Position numbers and translations under genes: made by a program. A DNA stretch of 64,000 nucleotides, from positions 9,816,955-9,880,954 of the forward strand of contig NC_068998.1 of NCBI RefSeq assembly GCF_001194135.2, written 5' to 3'. The notes below the pieces were generated by a model. That model was not told the DNA's origin and did no database searches. It saw only the letters and a list, made by a program, of their open reading frames with translations. Below, piece after piece: positions 13,535 through 24,462 of this stretch; positions within the stretch are counted from its first letter, which is position 1; every line of letters starts with the position of its first letter. The stretch is from Octopus bimaculoides (taxonomy: Eukaryota).

Positions 13535-13745
13535 TTGTCCCCCATCCATCATCGCTTGACAACCGGTGTTGGTTTGTTTACGTCCTCATAGCCTAGCAGT
13601 TCGACAAAAGACACCAATAAAATAAGTACAAGGCTTACAAAAAAAAAAAGTACTGGGGTCGATTCATTCGACTAAAAAAAAAAATCTTCAAAGTGGTGCC
13701 CCAGCATGACCGCAGTCTAATGACTGAAAAACAAGATAAAAGATT
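13535..13745 (+). mobile_element. SINE family A, 3' half
   Basis: CGCTTGACAACCGGTG..GGGGTCGATT..GGTGCCCCAGCATGACCGCAGTCTAATGACTGAAA. Confidence 0.85.
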
Positions 13746-13795
13746 GGTTTTAAGCAGAACAATTGCCAATTATGATAGGCTGCATTGGCAAAGTA

Positions 13796-14933
13796 TCAGG
13801 TTGAATAAAAAGTAAGCAACGTAAAGCGTTGCTTACTTTTTATTCAACCATGAAAAAGTTGTACCGGCTTTTTGCAGAGTTTTGAATTTTTTAAAAACAT
13901 TATTTTTTTTGCAATTGCCTGATAATACAGACGTAGACTTGCTCAAATGAATCAATAAATTAACATTGATACGTTTTTCACCGTTGTTACAATCATCTGA
14001 AATGGAGCTGTCAAAGCGCGATATTCGAGCAATTTTGCTATTCAACTTCACAAAAGGACGGAAAGCGGCTGAAACTGACTTGCGATATCAACGAAACGTT
14101 TGGTGAGGAAATGACCAGTGAGTGGTCAGCTCGAAAAGGTTTAAACGATTTCGCTGTGGAGACCTGAGCCTTGGAGATCGTGAGCGTAGTGGACGCCCAT
14201 CTGTCATCGATGACGGTCAATTAAAGACCATCATTGAGAAAGATCCATGTAAAATCACTCGAGAATTGGCAAAAGAACTTCAAGTTAGTCAGAAAACTGC
14301 CTGCAAACCATTTGCATGCGATCGGAAAATCAAAAAAGCTCGACAAATGGGTACCACACTATTTGAAGGAAATCAGAAAATGTGCAGATATGAAATTTGC
14401 TCATCGCTTCTTCTCCGTAACCAGACCGATCCATTTCTCGACCGTTTTGTAACTTGCGATGAAAGGCGGATTCTGTACAATAATAAAAAAAAAAAAACGT
14501 TCTTCACTGGTTGGACCAAAATGAAGCACCGAAAACCTTCCCTAAACCCGAGCTCTTCAAAAAGAAGGTTATGGTGACTGTTTGGTGTTGTACTGCTGGA
14601 CTCATCCACTATGACTTCTTAAAACCCGGAAAAACCATTACTGCAGAAATATATTGCCGTGAAATTGCTAAAATGAATGAAAAACTGCTACCCCTCCGTT
14701 CCAGACTGGTCAACAGAAGGGGGCCAATCATTCTTCATGACAATGCTCGACTCACACGTTTCACTAATGACGCTCCAGAAGTTGATGGAACTTGTATACG
14801 AAGTTCTTCCCCACCCAGCTTGTTCCCCCAGACCGTTCTCCTACCGATTATCACTTTTTTCAAGCACCTTGATGGTTTCCTGCAAGAGAAGGAGTTCAAA
14901 ATTCAAACCGATGCTGAAAGTGCGTTTGAAGAG
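13796..14933 (+). mobile_element. Mariner (D,D34D; Hsmar1/cecropia-like) element, 3'-truncated, transposase pseudogene from ATG 14002
   Basis: TA + TCAGGTTGAATAAAAAGTAAGCAACG terminal repeat. Frameshifted reading MELSKRDIRAILLFNF..RSGRPS..LDKWVPHYL..VTCDE..KKVMVTVW..ILHDNAR..PTDYHFFKHLD. Ends abruptly in (GATA/GACA)n; no right TIR seen. Confidence 0.93.
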
Positions 14934-15421
14934 TTAGATAGACAGATAGATAGACAGATAGATAGACAGATAGATGGGTAGGTAGGTAAGTGGGTACATA
15001 GACAGACAAACAGACAGATAGATATAAACTGATAGACAGATTAGATAGATAGATAGGTAGGTAGATGGATGCACAACAAAAGCTTGGGTGAAATAAAACG
15101 AAAGAAACAAAGAACGGAAACTGCTAGAAACTCAGATTTCAATTGGCAATTTTCTCAGGTTGAGCAGCTAATTTCGTGTTAAGTTGTTAACATATTTAGT
15201 GGAAAGGAGCATTAAACTGAATACATATGTATATCCTCCAACTCTTTCCTGTGTACTGCACATCGTTCCGACTTCAGCCGGTTCCTATCGTATATCAGTT
15301 TTTCAATGAATGAGAAAAGATTGCTATTATACACGCATGTATCTTTTCTCTTTCATCTTTTACTTGTTTCCGTCACTGGATTTGAAGCGATGCCAAAGCA
15401 TTGCCTTTAAAGGGTTTAGTC

Positions 15422-16095
15422 CAGTGTTTCTTAACCATTTTTTTTTTTTGTACTTATGGACCCCTTTGATTCCTATTTACACATTGGATGTACTCTTCTC
15501 GCCATCCGATGTTTGAAAAAAAAATCCTATTATACTTTTATAATTAAATATTATTTGGAATTGTTTCGTAGAAGTATAACCGATTTATTACTCTTTTTAC
15601 CCTTTTACTTGTTTCAGTCATTTGACTGCGGCCATGCTGGAGCACCGCCTGTAGTCGAGCCAATCGTCTCCAGGACGTATTCTTTGTAAGCCTAGTACTT
15701 ATTCTATCGGTTCTTTTGCCGAACCGCTAAGTTACGGGGACGTAAGCACACCAGTATCGGCTGTCAAGCGATGTTGGAGGAGGGGAGACAAACACAGACA
15801 CACAAACATATATACACACATACATATATATACATACATACATACATATATACGACGGGTTTCTTTCAGTTTTCGTCTACCAAATCCATTCACAAGGCTT
15901 TGGTCGGCCCGAGGCTATAGTGGAAGACACTTGCCCAAGGTGCCACGCAGTGGGACTGAACCCGGAACCATGTGGTTGGTAAGCAAGCTACTTACCACAC
16001 AGCCACTCCTGCACCTATTGCACAATTTTTAACAACAAACTCTTATATAGACCACCCCTACCCGGGGTCATATGAACCCCGGTTGAAAACGACTG
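15422..16095 (+). mobile_element. hAT MITE interrupted by a full-length SINE family A copy
   Basis: Ends CAGTGTTTCTTAACC / GGTTGAAAACGACTG. TSD GTTTAGTC / CTTTAGTC (7/8). Confidence 0.8.
15590..16017 (-). mobile_element. SINE family A, full-length, nested in hAT MITE
   Basis: Near-identical to 8932-9316 in reverse complement. Confidence 0.92.
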
Positions 16096-19000
16096 CTTTA
16101 GTCGAACAAATCGCCTCCAGTCCTTATCTTTAAAGTCTGATACTTATTTTGTCGATCCCTTTTGACATAAACAAACCAACACCTTTTGTCAAGCGATATG
16201 GGTGGGTTGGTGGGTGGGTGGGATAAACAAAGACATACATTGATATAATNNNNNNNNNNNNNNNNNNNNNNNNNNNNNNNNNNNNNNNNNNNNNNNNNNN
16301 NNNNNNNNNNNNNNNNNNNNNNNNNNNNNNNNNNNNNNNNNNNNNNNNNNNNNNNNNNNNNNNNNNNNNNNNNNNNNNNNNNNNNNNNNNNNNNNNNNNN
16401 NNNNNNNNNNNNNNNNNNNNNNNNNNNNNNNNNNNNNNNNNNNNNNNNNNNNNNNNNNNNNNNNNNNNNNNNNNNNNNNNNNNNNNNNNNNNNNNNNNNN
16501 NNNNNNNNNNNNNNNNNNNNNNNNNNNNNNNNNNNNNNNNNNNNNNNNNNNNNNNNNNNNNNNNNNNNNNNNNNNNNNNNNNNNNNNNNNNNNNNNNNNN
16601 NNNNNNNNNNNNNNNNNNNNNNNNNNNNNNNNNNNNNNNNNNNNNNNNNNNNNNNNNNNNNNNNNNNNNNNNNNNNNNNNNNNNNNNNNNNNNNNNNNNN
16701 NNNNNNNNNNNNNNNNNNNNNNNNNNNNNNNNNNNNNNNNNNAAAGGTAAAAATCAAACCGCAGTCGTGGAGTTTTTTTTTTTTAACTTCGAAGGCCGGA
16801 AGAAATACCGCAAAGCATTCCTATCCGACGCTGTAACGGCCCTGCCAGTTCTCTCGGTATTATGTAACAATTGTTTGGAGAATAAATAATTTAGAGATGC
16901 CGATCGCATGAATAAAAGAATAACGAAGTTGGTGTTAATATCTTCAATGCGAGGAGCATTAAATAGCTAACTGCATATGAATATGCGGTTGCACACACAC
17001 ACACACACACACATACACACATATCCACACAAGCATATAAAGGCACACTGTCTCGCTCTCTCTCACACATTCTTTCTCACACACTCTCTCGTTCTCTTTT
17101 TCTCCCTCTCTTTTATTCAGAGAATATGCGGTTACACACACTGAATAAAGGTTCACACACACACACACTCTTTTTTCTCCTGCCCTCTCTCACTTTCACA
17201 AATGGCCACACACTTATACATACACATTTAAAAGCACACAAATTCACTCTCTTTCTCACACACATACACAGAATATGCGCCCACACTCAAACGAACATGT
17301 AAAACCACACACACTCACGCACTCTCTCTCTCTCTCTCTCTCTCTCGCTTGCAGAATATGCGGCCGCACATAACCAAACGTGTAAAAGCATTACGCATGC
17401 ACACATACATACACACACACTTCCTCCCCCCTCTCGCTCTCCCTCCTCTCTCTCTCTCTCTGTGTGCGTTTGTGTGTATGTGTGAGAGAGACAGACTCAC
17501 AAGAAGCATTAGTCACTGACTAATATCTTCATTTTTCTGGTGAAATGGCATAAAAATCCACACAGTGAGTTTTATAGTTTTATAACTGTAAGGTTGTTTA
17601 ATATTATTGATCTTTTGAACAAGGTGTTGCTGTCGTTGTTTAGCCTTTAAGGTCAGTCTGATCACGTTCAAGTAAGATAAAAAAAAAAATGCATTCCAGC
17701 TGTGATCATCTCCTGAACCCCCGACCCCCTCGCCTCAGTATTGCGAGAAACTTGGTTCCCAACCATCTGGTCTTGGGTTCGGTATCACTGCGCGGCACCT
17801 CGGACCAGGCCCGTCGCCAGACTCTGATACCCGAGGATTTTTCAGAATATTCTGGGTGGACACTAATTTGTAATAATGCTAAAGTAGGGTCACTTAAAGT
17901 GAAGTAAACCCGAGGGTGCACCATTGAATAGTGAGGGGGTGGGCAGCAGTACTGTCCAGTTGCCTTGGGCAAATGTCTTTCAGTTATAGCCCCATGCCGA
18001 CCAAAGTATTGTTAGTGGATTTCGTAGACGGGAACTGAAAGAAGCATGTTGCGTATACGCACGCACGCATGCGCGTACAAACATGTATTTGTGTGCCTTT
18101 GTGTCCCTCAAGACACAATCCTGGATTAGGGGAGTTGCTGGTTTAATTTTCGTTGTCCTTGCACCAATGGTCTAGGAGTTAACGAACATAAAAACGTAAC
18201 GGATAGAGAAACATCACTCAAATTTATAATAGGATATGTATGTATATATATATATATATGTATATATACACACATACACATATACATATCCTATTATAAA
18301 CTTGAGTGATGTTTCTCTATCCGGTGTGTGTATATATATATAGAGAGAGGGAGAGGGAGAGGGATAGAGAGAGATAGGGATAGAACACTGAATCATTCAA
18401 AGCCGGATGTCTTGAAGACAGTAAATCCTGTTTAGGAGATTTCTTTGATAAATTTTATCAGATCGAAAGACTACGTGGAGGCTTTTCCACGTTGGAGAAA
18501 TTAAAGCATGTACAAGATGGATCGAACTAACAGAATGAATGTATATAATTGTGGTGGATTTGAATTTTAGCTGTGGAAGGTTTCTGATTTTTGAAAGGGT
18601 CGATTGTTGGAAAGGTTCTCTGTCTTTAACTGGTTTCAAAAGGAAACGTCGAATTTCCTCACAAAAGGTATTTAGGATAAAGTTTGTTATAAATTTTCTT
18701 ATTTTCAACTGACAAAGCATATGTGTATGCATACGAATAATTGTGCGTGTGTATGTTATGCTTGCATGTATATATATATATATATGCATGTGTATTTTAT
18801 AATTTATGCTTGGGTAATCTATATTATGTGCGTATTATGTTATATTGGTTTCACATTTTGGCACAAGGCCAGCAATTTTAGGGGAGGGTAAATCGATTAT
18901 ATTGATCCCAGTGTTCAACTGTTACTTATTTTATTGAACTTGAAAGGATGAAAGGCAAAGTCCATCTCGGTTTCATATATATATATGTACATACGTACGT

Positions 19001-19280
19001 GTTTGTGTGTCTATATGTACGTGTGTGTGTATATATATATATGTATATATACTTACATATACGTACCTAACTACCTACCCCCTATTTGTATGCATACATA
19101 ATACATACATGCATGCATGCAAATATTAAAATTAGTTTAGCATCAACAGAAAAAGAACTCAATTTTTGTGCAATATTTACTTATTACGGAGAAATTGTTG
19201 CCAGTTACTTTATAGTTTCGCCACTGATAGTTTCATCAGGTTGTGTGTTCTCTACATGTTGTAGGTGCTTAGTGGAAGTA

Positions 19281-20160
19281 CAAGGGGGTCCCCTAAAGTA
19301 ACCGGAAACGTTCTCTGTGGGACAAACCCATGTAGTTCAGGCTTCTGCCGCTAGAAGCCTCTTGATACCACCCTCAGGCATCAGTCTGCCGACCGGCGTC
19401 AGCGTTTGAAGTCGTACTGTCACGTGCTGCGTCTTTGTTTTACAGTGCTTTTTCTCTGTTCGTCGATCTTTGCGATGGCTGAAACGAAGGAACAATGTGC
19501 TTCCGTGAAATTCTGTTTTCTGCTGGGGAAAACGGCAGCCGAAACAGTTGTCACGCTTCAAACAGCTTACAAGGATGTTGCCTTGAGCAAAGCACAAGTT
19601 TACGTGTGGTTTCCACGCTTTAGGAACGGTCACTTGTCGCGAGAAGACCTCCCGGACGAATGAAAACATCATAAAAATTCGTGAACTGATCTTGGAGGAC
19701 CGTCACCACGCAATCGACGAACTTGTTGATATGACTGGTGTGTCCTGGAGCTCCTGCTAACGAAATTTGAGCGAGGAATTGCGAATGAAAAGAGTTGCAG
19801 CAAAATTTGTGCCTCGCTTGCTAACGAAAGATCAAACGCAGTCACGACTTAATGCTTGTTTTGAACTGAAAGAACAGTTGGAAGTTTATCCGGACCCATT
19901 CCGAAGTTCATCACTGGTGACGAAAACTGGTGCTACTTAATTTGCAGATGTAAAAGAGGTGAAGGAAAAAAAAAACTATGGAGGCATTAAAAAGCATAAT
20001 TTTGCAAGAATTCCAGCGCTGCTTCGAATATTGGAAAACCGCCTGGAGCGATGCATTACTTCAAATAGAGAATACTTTGAAGGCGATAAAAGTGTAACCA
20101 TGTAAAACTAAATGAATGAATAATATTGCAAAATTCCGGTTTCTTTTTGGTACCACCTCG
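19281..20160 (+). mobile_element. Second mariner family, internally deleted (880 bp), transposase pseudogene 19475-20105
   Basis: 27-bp TIRs (CAAGGGGGTCCCCTAAAGTAACCGGAA vs reverse complement CGAGGTGGTACCAAAAAGAAACCGGAA, 21/27), left TA. Protein remnants MAETKEQCASVKFCFLLGKTAAET, KRVAAKFVPRLL, ITGDENWCY, then a deletion to the C-terminal EYFEGDK. Confidence 0.92.
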
Positions 20161-20465
20161 GATAATAATAAGGCAAAGTTAAAGTTAGATGGCACGATTT
20201 GATGGATTGTAGAGTTCTAAAGTTAAATATATTATTTGAGAAAGAATTAATTAGGAATTGTGTGTGTGTGTGTGTGTGTGTTCGTGTGGTAGGACAAGAA
20301 GTGGTGAAAGGTTTGGAGATATTTCTAAATTATCTTTGGCTTTTGTTCTTCAACAATTAGATTCCTTTGGCGCCAAATGTCCTGCAAAAGAAAACGAGCC
20401 CGCACATATACACGCGTGCGCACACACACATACACTATACATACATACTGTATGTGTGTGAGTTT

Positions 20466-20984
20466 AAATTGCGTGTTAACGTACTTAAACCAGTGAGCCA
20501 AAATTGATTTTTAATTGATTGAAATTGCACTCGAAACGAGGCAACCAAACAGTCTCTACGTGGTCCCTCAGTCTGCTAAAAGTAACAACCAGATCACTGT
20601 CAAATCATATCTTTAAAAAATCACACCTTAAAAAAAAAAATGGCAGGACGCAACGAATATTGTAAAAACCTAGATTTCAGAAAATAAAATGGAGCGTTCG
20701 CTCGTCACCTCGTGGCTTGTTGCTAGACAACAACAACGGCATTGTTTTGTTGTTCTTGTCTCCAACGTTTTTGCCCTTTCTCTTTCCTCCATAAGTCGAA
20801 CTGCAACATTAATTGTATCTTCCACTTTCTAGACGGTAAAGTATGATTTGAGGTGATATGGCTATTATTTTTAGCTGACCGAATGACTACGCAGAGACTG
20901 TTTGATTGGCTCGTTACGAGCGCAATTTCAATCGATTAAAAATTAATTTTGGCTCACTGGTTTTAGTACGTTAACATGCAATTT
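20466..20984. repeat. Long fold-back with ~150-bp arms; inner arms are copies of short interspersed family E
   Basis: AAATTGCGTGTTAACGTACTTAAACCAGTGAGCCAAAATT.. mirrors ..AATTTTGGCTCACTGGTTTTAGTACGTTAACATGCAATTT. Family E (GTGATTTGAGGGAGATTTGGCTGCTATTTCTAG-like) also occurs near 3700, 21740, 24800, 25060, 37900, 52020, 56380 and 61150. Confidence 0.85.
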
Positions 20985-22259
20985 GCTCCTAAATACCACG
21001 CATTTTGTAGACAATAAGCAAAAGAAACAGCTGCCAACACAATAACTTAGAGCTAGGTTTTGGCCCATTATTGGCTGAAGCCATGTCTAACTTAATAGCA
21101 CCACTGAATGGTCTAAGTTACGTTTTCCGACATTGGGTCGTTTGCCTGGTATTCTTTTAGATTATTTATCCAGTCAATGTTTGAATGTTATAGGGTCTTT
21201 ATTTTTGTTTTCTTCGTAATAATGTTGAGTAAGACAGGACCAGTCGAGGTAAAAAAAAAAAAAAAAAAGTTACGTCGCGATGGTATGTGATGTAAGCTCA
21301 ATTTTCGTGTGGGAAAAAAGCGTATATTTCGTGGGACAAGCTTGTGAACCTGTAACCGGCATCGCTTGTATTTTCCGAGGGACAAGTTTGTGAACNNNNN
21401 NNNNNTAATGTTGAGTAAGACAGGACCAGTCGAGGTAAAAAAAAAAAAAAAAAAGTTACGTCGCGATGGTATGTGATGTAAGCTCAATTTTCGTGTGGGA
21501 AAAAAGCGTATATTTCGTGGGACAAGCTTGTGAACCTGTAACCGGCATCGCTTGTATTTTCCGAGGGACAAGTTTGTGAACTTGTAACCGGCATCGCTTG
21601 CTTTTTTTCCTTTTCTTTTTCCCTCTATTTTTTTTTTTAAGTTGTAGGTCAAAAGATTTTAAAATAATTTTGAAATCTCGAAATGATACGAGCCCTGACA
21701 TAAGTTAAGAACTGCTGTTCTGCACGATTGCTCCCTCTGTCAGAAATGACAACCAAATCTCCCTCAATTCACACCAAACCACTTTAAAAAATGGAAGGAC
21801 ACATTAGACAATGAAATTCTAGTTCCACTGTCTGGAAATAAAACTGGATTGTTATGGGAGGAATATCTTTGATCGTCGATGACTTGGTTTTTTTCAGCGC
21901 CGGCAACAACAGCCACAGTGACTGCTACGAAATAAATCGTTTAAAAATCAGCTGGTTCTATCGATTGGTTCTCGACAACCAAAAGATATATAAACTACAT
22001 GCAATTCGATTAAAGATTGTTTCTCTTTCTCAGAAATAGAAAGCTCTGTAGCGTGCGTGCGTGCATATATTTATGTGTATGTAATACATACATACATACA
22101 TATATACATACATATTGTGAAGATCTAGTTGAATTGGACTTTGAAACTGCTCACAGTATGGAATCACACCATGAGTTATTTTTTAAATGCTTTAATACGC
22201 GCGCGCGCACACAGACATGTGCATACATACATACATACATATATAATAATAATTGGAAT

Positions 22260-22648
22260 GGTAGAGGCGCAATGGCTCAGTGGTTAGGGCAGCGAACTCG
22301 CGGTCGTAGGATCGCGGTTTCGATTCCCAGACCGGGCGTTGTGAGTGTTTATTGAGCGAAAACACCTAAAGCTCCACGAGGCTCCTGCAGGGGATGGTGG
22401 CGAACCCTGCTGTACTCTTTCACTACAACTTTCTCTCGCTCTTTCTTCCTGTTTCTGTTGTGCCTGTAATTCAAAGGGTCAGCCTTGTCATACTCTGTGT
22501 CACGCTGAATATCCCCGAGAACTACGTTAAGGGTACACGTGTCTGTGGAGTGCTCAGCCACTTGCACGTTATTTCACGAGCAGGCTGTTCTGTTGATCGG
22601 ATCAACTGGAACCCTCGACGTCGTAAGCGACGGAGTGCCAACAACAAC
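22260..22648 (+). mobile_element. SINE family B, full-length (tRNA head, (CAA)n tail; resembles cephalopod Ceph/OR-type SINEs)
   Basis: A box TGGCTCAGTGG, B box GGTTTCGATTCCC, (CAA)n tail, perfect 12-bp TSD AATAATTGGAAT (22248-22259, 22649-22660). Family name is recalled, not searched. Confidence 0.92.
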
Positions 22649-22670
22649 AATAATTGGAATATATATATTA

Positions 22671-23290
22671 TTTTATTCTTTTACTGGTTTCAGCCAGAGG
22701 CTGGGGGAGGGGCATGCTGGAGCACCGTGTTTTGGGGCCTCCTTTCGTTAAAAAGAAGCGAGTTGGACGAAGCTGCTCTTCTTTGTGCCTCCCTGCCTTG
22801 ATGTGGGCTCGCCTGGAATTTCAGATAGAAATTTCTCCAGCTACTTTTTCAATGTTTCCACACCTAGGCCTTGCAGATCTCTTAGGTTCCTTGCTAGGAC
22901 GTTAAACAGTTTTGGTCCCTTCAAAAACCCAATCTGTTGCAATACTGGGTCCTTATCTGAGATGAAGAAGACCGGATCTTTGGTTGTATGCAGTGCTGCC
23001 CTGTTCGGTGGTTGGTATAGCTTTTAATTCCAAAGTTGGTAGCTAGACCTTCCAGGATCTTCCACATGATCGTCACTGCATACCTTTCTCGCCTTCTCTC
23101 CAGGGAGTAGAGCTTCAGTTCTTGTAGCCTCTCTCAGTAGCTCATCTGTTTCCCCGAGTCGATCTTCATTGTGTAGTGGCGCTGGATTGCCTCATGTTCT
23201 GTCACCAATTTGACGCTCTGTGGCGACCACAGTTAAGACCAGTACTCCAGACGACTGAGGACAAATGTCTTCCATACGAGTAGCAAGTGT
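22671..23290 (-). mobile_element. CR1-clade LINE 3' fragment (RT C-terminus and 3' tail), decayed
   Basis: Minus strand reads KTFVLSRLEYWS*LWSP..EAIQRHYT..ERLQELKLYSLERRRERY..WKIL..GPKLFNVL with several stops, followed by tail GGTGCTCCAGCATG..CTGAAACCAGTAAAAGAATAAAA. Confidence 0.88.
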
Positions 23291-23819
23291 GTGTGTAGTA
23301 TGATATGATGAGAGAGACATGATAAGACGAAACGATTATATGTGTGCGCGCGCGCGCCTTCGTCTTTGTCCATTTCCGCTGTTTCATGCAGCCTTTGCCT
23401 CGAAGTTAGGCATTTAAGCTGGACATCAATTACGCCAGCCTCACCGGCACGAAAGCACTATGGATTTCATATTTTCCTCGGATAAATTTCTGCAAAACAC
23501 GGTAATACGATAAATTACGGCAAAACACGGTAATATAACAAGAAAAACAAATGGCTGCTTTGGTTTAACAAGAAAATAAGATATTATAGATATGTGCTCT
23601 GGTTAAATACGTTGGGTCGCCCTTCGTTTTCAGCGATGAGCGTTCTCTTGTTAGAACAACCTACGTTAAATTAACGTGTGAGTGGCTGAGTATTCCATTG
23701 ATATGAATACTCTCTTTCCTTTGCGTAATTCTTTGGCCGAAGCAGTTTGACATAATGTGTAACAAGGCTGGAACTTCGGTTCATGGGGGCAATCCACTCA
23801 CTGTGGGCACCACACTATA

Positions 23820-24462
23820 TCTTTTACCTTTTACTTGTTTCAGTCATTAGACTGCGGCCATGCTGGGGCACCGCTTTGAAGTATTTTTGGTCTGGTACTT
23901 ATTCTATCAATCTGCTTTTTAAAGGCTGGGACTTATTCTTTCAATCTCCTTTGGGTCAGGGACGTAACCACACCAACACCAGTTGTCAAGCGGTGGTGGG
24001 GGACAAATACAGACACAAAGACACCAGTTATTATGTCAAACTGTCGTATGTCCAAATTCGGCCAAACTCGTTTTTGTTTTTTTTTTTCAATATTTATTTT
24101 TGCTTGCAATATCCGGTTCTTTTGGTCAAACTATCGTATCTCCAGCTGCTTCAGATGCCAAGATATCAAAAATTGCCAAAGTGTAGTACAACAGTTTTGC
24201 TATAGAACGGTGAAACTATGTTTTCGTTTTCTGAAAAAGCAACGTTTTGGACTTACGACACTTTTGCATAATAGCAACGATATATTGTATATATACGGTG
24301 GGCTTCTTTCAGTTTCCGTCTACCAAAACCACTCACAAATCTTTGGTCAGCTCAAGACTACACTAAACGACACTTGCCTCTCAGGTGCCACGCTGTGGGA
24401 CTGAACCCGCAACTATGTGGTTGGGAAGCAAGTTTCTTACCACACAGCCACTCCTACGCCTA
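23820..24462 (-). mobile_element. SINE family A split by a ~250-bp inverted-repeat insertion
   Basis: 3' half at about 23820-24020, 5' half at about 24290-24462. Confidence 0.8.

Noticed and set aside
21220-21581. 176-bp exact tandem duplication (21220-21395 / 21406-21581)
   Set aside because: The copies sit on either side of a 10-N gap, typical of unmerged overlapping contig ends.
22260-22335. tRNA-like sequence with A and B boxes (also 6291, 8932, 39437, 37532)
   Set aside because: SINE heads: no complete acceptor stem, and they continue into repeat bodies; the 22.3 kb copy has a TSD.
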